From an uncultured Gammaproteobacteria bacterium (lineage in GTDB: Bacteria; Pseudomonadota; Gammaproteobacteria; DRJJ01): 64,000 bases of DNA. How positions within the stretch are numbered: position 1 is the stretch's first letter; each line of letters starts with the position of its first letter. This document shows, piece after piece, positions 10,065 through 19,104 of this stretch. The translations under genes and the position numbers were made by a program. The stretch spans positions 141,779 through 205,778 of the forward strand of contig CAMYJU010000003.1 of assembly GCA_947258795.1 (NCBI GenBank), in the 5' to 3' direction. The notes under the pieces were generated by a model. That model made no database searches. It was not told where the DNA came from and saw only the letters and a program-made list of their open reading frames with translations.

Positions 10065-10616
10065 ATGTCTTTACCCGAGCGGGAAGATCAGATTATTAGC
10101 ACGCATGCGCCATTGATCGTGTTGACCGCGCAGGTATGTCTGGGCGCTCAACCACGCCAGGAACTGGATGGTATTCTGGTCAAATTTGAGCGTATCGGGC
10201 AGACACAACTGGTATCGGCGATTCGCCGCATTTTGTCCGGTGAGCGTGAGACCTCGGTGCTGAACGGTCTGGATCAGGACGACCAGGTGATCGTCAGCGC
10301 GATGTTGCGGGGTATTCAGGACCCTCGAACCTTGCCGGACCCGACACCACAGGCCGACCCGGTCACCGCAGCGCCCGGGCTGGCTGCGATCATACATGCC
10401 GCGGCACTAGGCGATGTGCAGGCCTTACAGATTATTTCAGCGATGGCGGAGCAGATGACCGCGGCCGGTGGTGATATGGCCCGCACCGGTGGCGTGATAC
10501 GCAAGTTGATCGATGGCGAACGTGACCTGGATGTATTGAGTGCCGGGATGGGTGCCCATGGTCAGTCGCTGATGAAGTCACTGGTGGAAGAACTCGCTAA
10601 ACTCTCAACCAACTGA
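10065..10616 (+). CDS. Hypothetical protein with internal duplication
   Basis: Long ORF with typical codon use and the repeated motif IRRILSGERETSVL / IRKLIDGERDLDVL. Confidence 0.75.
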   Translation: MSLPEREDQIISTHAPLIVLTAQVCLGAQPRQELDGILVKFERIGQTQLVSAIRRILSGERETSVLNGLDQDDQVIVSAMLRGIQDPRTLPDPTPQADPVTAAPGLAAIIHAAALGDVQALQIISAMAEQMTAAGGDMARTGGVIRKLIDGERDLDVLSAGMGAHGQSLMKSLVEELAKLSTN

Positions 10617-10694
10617 AATTCGCCATAGCCTGATCAAGCTTCCAGGCATGCCTTGCACTTGCCTGGGCTGTCCTGGAATGAGACAGTAAGTTCC

Positions 10695-11186
10695 ATGATC
10701 TATTTCTCATATGGCTCCAATATGCCAACTGCACGCATCCGCTCACGTATCCCGGCTGCCAGGCCGGTCACGGTTGCCTTGCTCAGGGAGCATCAGCTCG
10801 TGTTTCATAAATGCGGAACCGATGGTTCCGGGAAGTGCGATGTCGTGCATACCAGTAGGTCCAGTGACCTGGTTTATGGGGTGGCCTGGGAAATCATAAG
10901 CCCCGACAAGCTGGTACTGGACAGGATTGAAGGCCTGGGAAAGGGCTATGAACAGAAACAGGTCAGTATAGCCACCCCGCATGGCGAAACATTCAGGGCC
11001 TATACCTACTACGCCAGTTTGACCGATCCGGAGCAGCGGCCGTACTCCTGGTACAAGGAGCATGTATTACGCGGTGCGATAGAGCATGGCCTGCCGGAAA
11101 GCTATATCAGGTTCATACGCACAGTCGAGGCCCGGCATGACCCCGAACAACATAGGCATGATCAGGAACTGTCGATCTACCGTTAA
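10695..11186 (+). CDS. Gamma-glutamylcyclotransferase (GGCT/AIG2-like) family protein
   Basis: YFSYGSNM N-terminal signature, LDRIEG and HGLPESY. Start moved to ATG 10695. Confidence 0.85.
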   Translation: MIYFSYGSNMPTARIRSRIPAARPVTVALLREHQLVFHKCGTDGSGKCDVVHTSRSSDLVYGVAWEIISPDKLVLDRIEGLGKGYEQKQVSIATPHGETFRAYTYYASLTDPEQRPYSWYKEHVLRGAIEHGLPESYIRFIRTVEARHDPEQHRHDQELSIYR

Positions 11187-11239
11187 CAACGGTTGTATTC
11201 TTAAACCAGATTATTCATGCCTAAATTCAGCAGAAACAC

Positions 11240-12208
11240 ATGACAAAACTTGATTATATTTATTCGAGACTCTCATCGGAGTCAGTCTGTAACCTGATTG
11301 GCTTTTACTATGACTTGCTCACTCCGCTTGGCTGTCAATTTTACGTGCTTGGATTGCATGACAATTACCTGGTAGATACCGAGCAGGGAAAATATATACT
11401 GCGCATTTACCGAAACGATTGGCGCAGCGAGGAAGAGATACTATTCGAACTTGACTTGCTGGACTATCTGCAAAAAAAGAACACAGGTATCGCTGGTCCC
11501 CTCTGCACTGCGGGTAAGGAGCTGCATTTCTCTGTGGAAACACCTGAAGGAGTCAGGCTGGCCGCTCTATTTAATTTTGCCGATGGCCGTGCACCGTGTA
11601 CCGAGCTTTCCGTCAGGGAAAGTGAACTGCTGGGCAAGGTCGTAGCGAATATCCATTTGGCCGGCACCGGGTTTGCTTCACAGTACCACAGGCCAAAACT
11701 GGATATCAGTTACCTGGTAGACGAGCAGCTTGAATTGCTGGATTCGTATATCGATAGCGACGGTATGCGTTACCTGGAGTCGGTACAGAAAAAAATTCAT
11801 GATCAGATACCCGGGTTAACGGATACCCCGGGAGTTTTCGGTATCTGCACCGGTGATGTAAACCCGTCAAACTTTCATATCAATGAAGAGGAGAAAATCA
11901 CCCTGTTTGATTTTGATCAATGCGGTTTTGGCTACAGGGCATTCGAAATTGGCAAGTTTTTTTCCTCGATATACACAAGAAAGGACAGGGACGAACTGGC
12001 GCAGGCGTTTCTGTCAGGCTATCAGGACCTGCGCAGGCTTGACCAGGCCGAACTTCAGGCCCTACCGTATTTCGAGATCGCATCGGTCATCTGGGTGATG
12101 GGTATACACGCCAGCAATGCAGACCGGATCGGGCAAAAATATCTAGGCGGGCCGTTCTGGGAACGTCGTCTGGAGGTGGTAAAAGAGCTGGAATTGTCAC
12201 TGCCGTAA
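11240..12208 (+). CDS. Phosphotransferase (APH/homoserine kinase type II-like)
   Basis: Kinase motifs LRIYR, (C)TGDVNPSN and FDFDQCG. Confidence 0.8.
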   Translation: MTKLDYIYSRLSSESVCNLIGFYYDLLTPLGCQFYVLGLHDNYLVDTEQGKYILRIYRNDWRSEEEILFELDLLDYLQKKNTGIAGPLCTAGKELHFSVETPEGVRLAALFNFADGRAPCTELSVRESELLGKVVANIHLAGTGFASQYHRPKLDISYLVDEQLELLDSYIDSDGMRYLESVQKKIHDQIPGLTDTPGVFGICTGDVNPSNFHINEEEKITLFDFDQCGFGYRAFEIGKFFSSIYTRKDRDELAQAFLSGYQDLRRLDQAELQALPYFEIASVIWVMGIHASNADRIGQKYLGGPFWERRLEVVKELELSLP

Positions 12209-12536
12209 CAGGTTTGCTGAAACAGACCGAATTCCTGCCTGGCATGTGAATTAAAGTTCTTATAGAGCAATACCTGGATCAAGAGCAGACGTCTGGCTGG
12301 TTGAACCTTACAGGTACCCACTTTTCTGTGTCATGCTGCTGATTACCAGGCGATACCCGTATCGTGTAAATATGGCCGGTTTTTAACCTCAAATCAACGG
12401 ATTTTAGTAATCTATGCAGTTGGACAGGTGAAATACTGTGGTCATGTACAGCTGTGGTGACGTATAATTTTGGGCTAATAATAATGCTTGCCGCCTGGCG
12501 TGAGTGTCCGGCGCTGATCTACCAGGTGAGGTACAC

Positions 12537-12959
12537 ATGGCTGTTAAAAATATCACTGCTACGGGCGTACTACTGCGTTTTCTGTTTGCGCTGGTACTGG
12601 TGCTCGGCACCTATAATCCGGAAGGCTATTCATACTTTGACTGGGCGTTGAGAGATATCTCCGCATTTACCATTCTGAAGGCCTTTGTCGGTGTGGTGTT
12701 GCTGATTGGTTGGGCGATGTATGTTCGCGCAACGATCCAGTCACTGGGTACAGTCGGACTGATACTGGCGATCGCGTTTTTTGTAACCCTGTTATGGCTG
12801 ATCGTCGATATCGGCATCGTGCCGGCTGACAGTGTGCGTGCGATTACCTGGCTGGTGCTGGTGGCGATGTGCGGTGTACTGACCGCGGGTATGACCTGGT
12901 CGCACATACGTCGACGTGTCAGTGGCCAGTTTGATGTTGATGAAGTCGATAACGATTGA
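12537..12959 (+). CDS. Four-TM membrane protein (DUF6524-like)
   Basis: 'TYNPEGYSY' and 'WSHIRRRVSGQFDVDEV' patterns, with a GAGG RBS before ATG 12537. Confidence 0.7.
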   Translation: MAVKNITATGVLLRFLFALVLVLGTYNPEGYSYFDWALRDISAFTILKAFVGVVLLIGWAMYVRATIQSLGTVGLILAIAFFVTLLWLIVDIGIVPADSVRAITWLVLVAMCGVLTAGMTWSHIRRRVSGQFDVDEVDND

Positions 12960-12995
12960 GGCGTCTTTAGCTGATCTGTACCAGACAGGGGCTGA

Positions 12996-13136
12996 TTACA
13001 TATTCTGGCAATGACAGTCCCCGCTGCTGTGACACAGATACCTGATTGCACTGACGGCAATAACAGCAACGAAAATGCCGATCAGTGTAAGGCTGTCTAT
13101 CGTAATGGTCGATCCAAACGCTGAAAATTCGAACAT
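12996..13136 (-). CDS. 46-aa single-TM protein with Cys/His-rich tail
   Basis: Read by hand (MFEFSAFGSTITIDSLTLIGIFVAVIAVSAIRYLCHSSGDCHCQNM), with a strong AAGGAGG RBS. Confidence 0.6.
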   Translation of the reverse strand: MFEFSAFGSTITIDSLTLIGIFVAVIAVSAIRYLCHSSGDCHCQNM

Positions 13137-13272
13137 CCTGTCCTCCTTCTGTTACTCAATAAAACAGGCAGAACAATAATAAGACTGTAACAATGTTACT
13201 GTGACCGGTTAGACAGTTCCAGTTGATAATAACTTTACGTTTGCTGATATTACACTCTTATCACTGGTAATG

Positions 13273-14670
13273 TCACAACATTTCCAGGTCGGGTATTCCT
13301 TCGGGTTGTTGTTCAACCTGTGTAGCGGCATCACGCAGGGCGCTTTGTATGGCCTCTTCGATGGTCGGGTGATAGAAAGGCATGCGTAACATGTCGAACA
13401 CGGTATACCCGCACTGTATGGCAAGGGTTATCAGTTGAATCAGGCTTTCACCTTTCGGGCCAACCATGGATGCGCCACGAATCAGGCCGTCCTTTTTATT
13501 CGCATAAATACGCAGCAGGCCCTTGTTCTTGCCCATGATCAGGGCACGGCCCAGGCCGCCAAAGCGCATCTGTCCGGTGATGGTCTCGTTTTCATCCAGT
13601 GTATCCGGTGTTTCACCGCACTGTACGATATTCGGATCGGAAAAATTGATTAACATCGGCACCCTTCTACGAAAAGCAACCGGCTCGTCACGTACGGCAT
13701 TGTAACCGGCAATCTTGCCTTCGTCGCTGGCCTCATGCAGTATGGGCCGGGACTGGGTGATATCGCCGGCAAGGTAGACCGGCAGGCCATCGATCTGCAT
13801 GGTGTTGGGATTATAGGGCGGCAGGTTGCGCTCGTTCAGCTCCAGACCCAATGACTCAAGACCCAGGCCGGCCAGGTTGGCCTTGCGTCCTATACACACC
13901 AGGGCCTTATCACATTCAAAACTGACATCACCGGCCGTGACCGTCAGGCCATCGCCATTGGCAGACAGGTTTACCTGATGGCCCAGGTGTAACGGAAACT
14001 CCTTGCCAAGGATCTGCATCGCCATGTCGTTAATCGCGGAATCCCTGATGCCACCAATTTCGCCGGCCATGTCAAAGCCCTGTACCTTGATGCCGATGCG
14101 TGACATGGACTGCCCCAGCTCCAGACCGATTACGCCCAGTCCGATCACGGCGATGCTGTCCGGCAAGCTTTCCTGTTCAAACAGGTTGTCGGTGGTCAGA
14201 ATGCGGTCACCCAGTTCCTGCCAGGATTCTGGTACGATTGGCCGTGAACCGGTGCACAGGACAATGCTTTTTGCATGCAGGGTCTCATTGTTGACCTCAA
14301 CGGTGTTCGGACCGGTAATTTTTGCATAACCCTCGATCAGTTCATCACCCATATTATCGGTACTGCTGCTTAGTACCATGTCGACAAAAGTGTCGCGCAT
14401 ATCCCGTATATGCTCCATGGTGTCATCACGCTGGACCGCCAGCGATTCATCGGTGGTGATGCCAAAACGGTCGAACAGGTTGCGCTGATGATAGGTTTCC
14501 GCCACCTGTATGGCGGCCTTGGATGGCATACAACCGACCCGGGCACAGGTAGTCCCGAGTTCGCCGCCGTTTATCAGTACGAAATTGTCGGTTTTACGTT
14601 TTACCTGTGCCATCGCATTCAGGCCGGCCGTGCCAGCGCCGATGATGGCGACATCCACTTCTCGCGTCAT
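13273..14670 (-). CDS. Dihydrolipoamide dehydrogenase-family flavoprotein
   Basis: FAD motif GAGTAG, redox disulfide CARVGC, NAD motif GLGVIG and C-terminal HPTIEE. Confidence 0.88.
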   Translation of the reverse strand: MTREVDVAIIGAGTAGLNAMAQVKRKTDNFVLINGGELGTTCARVGCMPSKAAIQVAETYHQRNLFDRFGITTDESLAVQRDDTMEHIRDMRDTFVDMVLSSSTDNMGDELIEGYAKITGPNTVEVNNETLHAKSIVLCTGSRPIVPESWQELGDRILTTDNLFEQESLPDSIAVIGLGVIGLELGQSMSRIGIKVQGFDMAGEIGGIRDSAINDMAMQILGKEFPLHLGHQVNLSANGDGLTVTAGDVSFECDKALVCIGRKANLAGLGLESLGLELNERNLPPYNPNTMQIDGLPVYLAGDITQSRPILHEASDEGKIAGYNAVRDEPVAFRRRVPMLINFSDPNIVQCGETPDTLDENETITGQMRFGGLGRALIMGKNKGLLRIYANKKDGLIRGASMVGPKGESLIQLITLAIQCGYTVFDMLRMPFYHPTIEEAIQSALRDAATQVEQQPEGIPDLEML

Positions 14671-14762
14671 GTTACTTTCCAGGTTTGCAGCTTGTCGCTG
14701 ATCGATAAGGGTTTGAAGAAAACTGGAAGGCTATGATAGCAAAATTACCGAAAGGCTCCTAC

Positions 14763-15107
14763 TCAGGTCCGACGGGTATTCTGGCCAACCAGTTTTGCTT
14801 CAGGTACATACAACTGTATTGCGGCCGGCAGTTCCAGGCAGATACCCGGTATCGGTTTGACGCTGACCCAGAGCAGGCAGAGCTTGATATTCAGATCAGC
14901 GAATACCACGGCCTTGTGATAGGCCTGTAAAACCGACTGTATCGAATCAATCTTTTTTTGAAGCTGGTGCTCGGAGCGATTTTTCAGTCTCGGGATCAGC
15001 ATCATAAAGTCGCTGACCGGCCGGCCCTCATGATGGGTGGGCGCACGCTTCCATAGCGGTTCAGACGGTTCCAGGGCCCGGGCGAGCTTGATCGTGGTTG
15101 TTTTCAT
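14763..15107 (-). CDS. Hypothetical protein
   Basis: 114-aa ORF co-oriented upstream of the flavoprotein, with protein-like composition. Confidence 0.65.
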   Translation of the reverse strand: MKTTTIKLARALEPSEPLWKRAPTHHEGRPVSDFMMLIPRLKNRSEHQLQKKIDSIQSVLQAYHKAVVFADLNIKLCLLWVSVKPIPGICLELPAAIQLYVPEAKLVGQNTRRT

Positions 15108-15261
15108 CTGTCACCGGTGTATTTTGAGTCTGCCTGATTCAAAGCATAACCCTGTTTCGGCCGAATTCAACATTCCGTTGCGTGTTCATATAAAGAATAT
15201 CGCATGGCTGCCGATAAAATTTGAGATCTGCGTGTATGCAGTATGCATGATGAGGAAAATC

Positions 15262-17277
15262 ATGGGCTTGATGCAATCAACCGTCCGCGCCGGCATACAG
15301 AATCGCCTGATACGTGCGTTTTCGGTCACCAGTGCGGTAACCATACTGGCTGTGGTGATGATGGTTGGTATGGTTTTCTGGCACATGGCCATGCGTAACC
15401 TGGAACTGTCTGTCGAGCAGCTTGCACAAGTCCTGCTCACCCGCTCGGCCGAGAGCCGCACCCCGGTCAGGCTAGACCGGGAACTGGACGCGTCACGCCA
15501 GCAGGATTTGAAAATCTCCCTTGTCGGTATCAGCCACATCGGGCTCGACGGCCGGCATCTGGACAGCGATGGTCTGGTCTGGCCACAGGCCGCAGCGATA
15601 ACCGGCAAGGCCTATGAGCAGGCGCGTTTCGGTAATAGCGGTTTTAACATCTACAATCTTGAGAACCAGGGCGGTCCATCCAGCCTGATGTTCGTGCTAA
15701 TACCGCAGCGTGGCCAACATGGGTCGGCCCCCGATTATCTCGCCGCACTGTATTTTGATGTGAGCAAGGCCATGCAGGGTGTGCATGCACAGGTCGTCAA
15801 CTCGATGCTGACCACAGCCATGATACTGGTTCTGGCCTGGGGGATTGCCTATGTGGTTGTACAGCGGGGAGACCAGTTGATCAATCACCAGCAAATGTTG
15901 TTGCAGCGTACAGAAAAAAATCTTAACCAGGTCCTGTACCAGGATGCGCTGACCAGCCTGCCTAACCGCACCATGTTTTTACATCATCTGGAGCACGCGA
16001 TGACCCGGGTGCGCCGCTATGGCGGAAACCTGGCCCTGATAAGCATCGATGTCGATGGCCTGCATCATATTAATGCGAATATCGGTCCCGATGCCGGTGA
16101 TCATGTACTGATTGAACTGGTGCAGCGTCTTGGTCTGTGTATACGCGAATCTGACCTGCTGGTACGCCTCGGCGGTGACGAATTTGCGATCATCATGGAG
16201 GATCTGAATGATGCCGATGAATCCGCACAACTGGCTGAACGCTTGCGTGCGGTCAACAAGCGTGAGTTTGAAATCGACGGGCATGATGTCGATATCAGCC
16301 TGAGCATTGGCATCAGTGTTTATCCGGACGACGCGATCGATGGTGAAAGTCTGCGCCGTAATGCTGACATCGCTCGTTACCGCGTCAAGGACAAGGGTGG
16401 AAATTATTATCTGTTCTACTCACCGGAAATGAACAGGCGTTGCAGAAAACGCTTTACTGACCAGAAGGCCCTGCGCAGGGCCTTGCGCAGGAGTGAATTC
16501 AGGCTGTTCTACCAGCCCAAGGTCGAGGCCTCTACAGGCAGGCTGACCGGTATGGAGGCCTTGTTAAGGTGGAAACATCCGCAGCGCGGTATGCTCGCAC
16601 CCGCTGAATTTCTACACGAACTGGAACAAAGCGGCCTGATTGTCGATGTTGGCGAGTGGATAATCCGTCATGCCTGCGAGACCAATCATGCCTGGCAACA
16701 ACAGGGTAATCCCGGTCTGGTCATATCCGTGAACGTTGATGCCCAGCAATTCCGTAAGGACAACTTTGTCGAAAAGGTTGACAGGATACTGACCGAGACC
16801 CGGCTGGCACCGTCACGGTTGCAGATCGAGGTGGTCGAGAACACGGTGATCGAAGACACCGAAAACGCAATTGAAAAAATGCAGGCCTTGCGTAATTTGG
16901 GTGTCAGTCTTGCTATCGATGACTTTGGCACCGGTTATTCATCGCTCAGCTACCTGAAAAAATTCCCGATCGACACACTCAAGATAGACCGTTCGTTTAT
17001 TACCAGACTGAATGAAAACATTGAAAACGCGGCGATCGTGACCGCGATCATGGGTATCTCGCATACCATGAAACTGGAAGCGGTTGCCGAGGGTGTGGAA
17101 ACCCTGGAGGAGCTGTCCTATCTGCATGCACTGGGTTGTCACCTGATACAGGGGTTTTTCTTCAGCAAGCCACTGAGCGAACAGGAGTTCGAATTATTAT
17201 TACAGGACAGTCAGAAACTCGAGCAGAAACTGCAGCTCGCCCGCATGACTGATGCGCAGCCAGCCAGCCCGGGATGA
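15262..17277 (+). CDS. Membrane-bound GGDEF-EAL diguanylate cyclase/phosphodiesterase
   Basis: Two TM helices, DALTSLPNR, RLGGDEF, EAL and DDFGTGYSS. The start was chosen from the GAGGA RBS and is uncertain. Confidence 0.9.
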   Translation: MGLMQSTVRAGIQNRLIRAFSVTSAVTILAVVMMVGMVFWHMAMRNLELSVEQLAQVLLTRSAESRTPVRLDRELDASRQQDLKISLVGISHIGLDGRHLDSDGLVWPQAAAITGKAYEQARFGNSGFNIYNLENQGGPSSLMFVLIPQRGQHGSAPDYLAALYFDVSKAMQGVHAQVVNSMLTTAMILVLAWGIAYVVVQRGDQLINHQQMLLQRTEKNLNQVLYQDALTSLPNRTMFLHHLEHAMTRVRRYGGNLALISIDVDGLHHINANIGPDAGDHVLIELVQRLGLCIRESDLLVRLGGDEFAIIMEDLNDADESAQLAERLRAVNKREFEIDGHDVDISLSIGISVYPDDAIDGESLRRNADIARYRVKDKGGNYYLFYSPEMNRRCRKRFTDQKALRRALRRSEFRLFYQPKVEASTGRLTGMEALLRWKHPQRGMLAPAEFLHELEQSGLIVDVGEWIIRHACETNHAWQQQGNPGLVISVNVDAQQFRKDNFVEKVDRILTETRLAPSRLQIEVVENTVIEDTENAIEKMQALRNLGVSLAIDDFGTGYSSLSYLKKFPIDTLKIDRSFITRLNENIENAAIVTAIMGISHTMKLEAVAEGVETLEELSYLHALGCHLIQGFFFSKPLSEQEFELLLQDSQKLEQKLQLARMTDAQPASPG

Positions 17278-17379
17278 CACACTTATAAATAGATATATAT
17301 GGGAATCAAATCTGATCTATAGTTAACAGGGAAGCCTGGTCAGCAGGCAGCTTCAAAAAACAACAACAAGGAAAGGGAA

Positions 17380-19029
17380 ATGAAGGCATCAGACCTGTTT
17401 GTAAAATGCCTGGAATCGGAAGGCATCGAATATATCTTCGGAGTACCGGGCGAGGAAAATGCCGATTTCATGATTTCACTGGAGGAGTCTTCCTCCATCC
17501 AGTTTATTCTGACACGCCACGAACAGGGTGCCGCTTTCATGGCCGAGGTCTATGGTCGCCTGACCGGCAATCCGGCTGGCTGCCTGGGTACACTGGGTCC
17601 GGGTGCGACCAACCTGATCACCGGGGTGGCTGACTCGAACATGGACCGGTCGCCAATGCTGGTGATTACCGGACAGGGCGCTTCCACGCGCCAGCACAAG
17701 GAGTCGCACCAGGTCATGGATGTGGTGGCGATGTTTGAACCGGTGACCAAGTGGGCACACTCCATTTTGCATCCTAACAGTATCCCCGAGGTCACGCGTA
17801 AGGCAATACGGCTTGCACGTATGGAAAAGCCGGGAGCCTGTCATATCGAACTGGCCGAGGACATTGCGAAAATGGAGGCAGACACCGAGGTGTTGATGCC
17901 GCAACGCTATCGCCGTCCGGTGGCCGATGACAAGATTGTCGACCGAGCCTTCGAGAAAATCAGCAAGGCCAGGCGCCCGATTATCATTGCCGGTAACGGA
18001 TGTATCCGCAAGCGTGCCAGCAAACAGTTACGGCGTTTTTGTGACAAGACCGGTATCGGCGTGATCAGTACCTTTATGGCCAAGGGCTGTGTGGATATGG
18101 ATGAGCCGTATTGCCTGTATACCATCGGTTTGCAGGCCAAGGATGTCGTGGCCTGCGCGGTCGAGGCTTCGGACCTGGTGATTACCATTGGCTACGATAT
18201 GGTCGAGTATCATCCGTATTTATGGAACCCGGACGGGGACAAGGACGTCATCCATATTGATTTTCTGCCCGCAGAGATCGATGCGGACTATCATCCTGAA
18301 ACAGAAGTCGTCGGTGACCTGGCACATACTCTGTGGATGCTGAATGAGCGTGTCGATCGCGCCGAACTGTCATTTGATCTGGGGCAGCAGGCCGCTACGC
18401 GCAAAGACATGACCGCCGAACTCGAGCGGTACAAGGATGATGACAGCGAAGACCTGATCAAGCCACAGAAAGTGCTGTGGGATGTACGTCAGGCGATGGG
18501 GCCGCAGGATATCCTGCTATCTGACGTGGGCGCTCACAAAATGTGGATTGCCCGTCATTACCAGTGTCATGAACCCAATACCTGCTTAATTCCCAATGGT
18601 TTCTGCTCCATGGGCTTTGCCCTGCCTGGAGCGATCGCAGCGGCACTGGTACACCCGGAGCAAAAGATTATGGCAATTTGTGGCGACGCGGGCTTTATGA
18701 TGAATGTGCAGGAAATGGAGACTGCGCACCGCCTGAAAAGCGATATTGTGGTCATGGTCTGGGAAGACCATTCCTATGGGCTGATTGTGTGGAAGCAGCA
18801 GAACCAGTTTGGCCGACATACAGAACTGTCTTTTGGTAACCCGGACTGGTTGCAACTGGCTAGTGCGTTTGGCTGGTATGGACACCTGGTCGGCAAGAGT
18901 AGTGAGCTGCGCGCGATCGTGGACCAGGCACTGGAGGAGGAAGGGCCGAGCCTGGTGGTCGTACCAATAGACTATGCTGAAAACATGAGCCTGACTGAAC
19001 GCCTGGGCAATATCTCCTGTCCAATCTGA
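17380..19029 (+). CDS. Thiamine-diphosphate enzyme, acetolactate synthase-like (possible 2-oxoglutarate decarboxylase)
   Basis: Motifs FGVPGEE, RHEQGAAFMA, GPGATN, DVGAHKMWIAR and the TPP-binding GDAGF. Confidence 0.88.
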   Translation: MKASDLFVKCLESEGIEYIFGVPGEENADFMISLEESSSIQFILTRHEQGAAFMAEVYGRLTGNPAGCLGTLGPGATNLITGVADSNMDRSPMLVITGQGASTRQHKESHQVMDVVAMFEPVTKWAHSILHPNSIPEVTRKAIRLARMEKPGACHIELAEDIAKMEADTEVLMPQRYRRPVADDKIVDRAFEKISKARRPIIIAGNGCIRKRASKQLRRFCDKTGIGVISTFMAKGCVDMDEPYCLYTIGLQAKDVVACAVEASDLVITIGYDMVEYHPYLWNPDGDKDVIHIDFLPAEIDADYHPETEVVGDLAHTLWMLNERVDRAELSFDLGQQAATRKDMTAELERYKDDDSEDLIKPQKVLWDVRQAMGPQDILLSDVGAHKMWIARHYQCHEPNTCLIPNGFCSMGFALPGAIAAALVHPEQKIMAICGDAGFMMNVQEMETAHRLKSDIVVMVWEDHSYGLIVWKQQNQFGRHTELSFGNPDWLQLASAFGWYGHLVGKSSELRAIVDQALEEEGPSLVVVPIDYAENMSLTERLGNISCPI

Positions 19030-19104
19030 CAGGGCTGCGCGCCGTTGCCGATGTAACGCAAAAACCAGAATAGAATAATCGATTACAACAAGGACAGCAC
19101 AACA

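Noticed and set aside
15037..15261. Long N-terminal extensions in the ORF track (GGDEF-EAL, also pcm 62889, ccoP 53400, ccoN 51022)
   Set aside because: They overlap other genes or lack an RBS, and downstream starts fit better.
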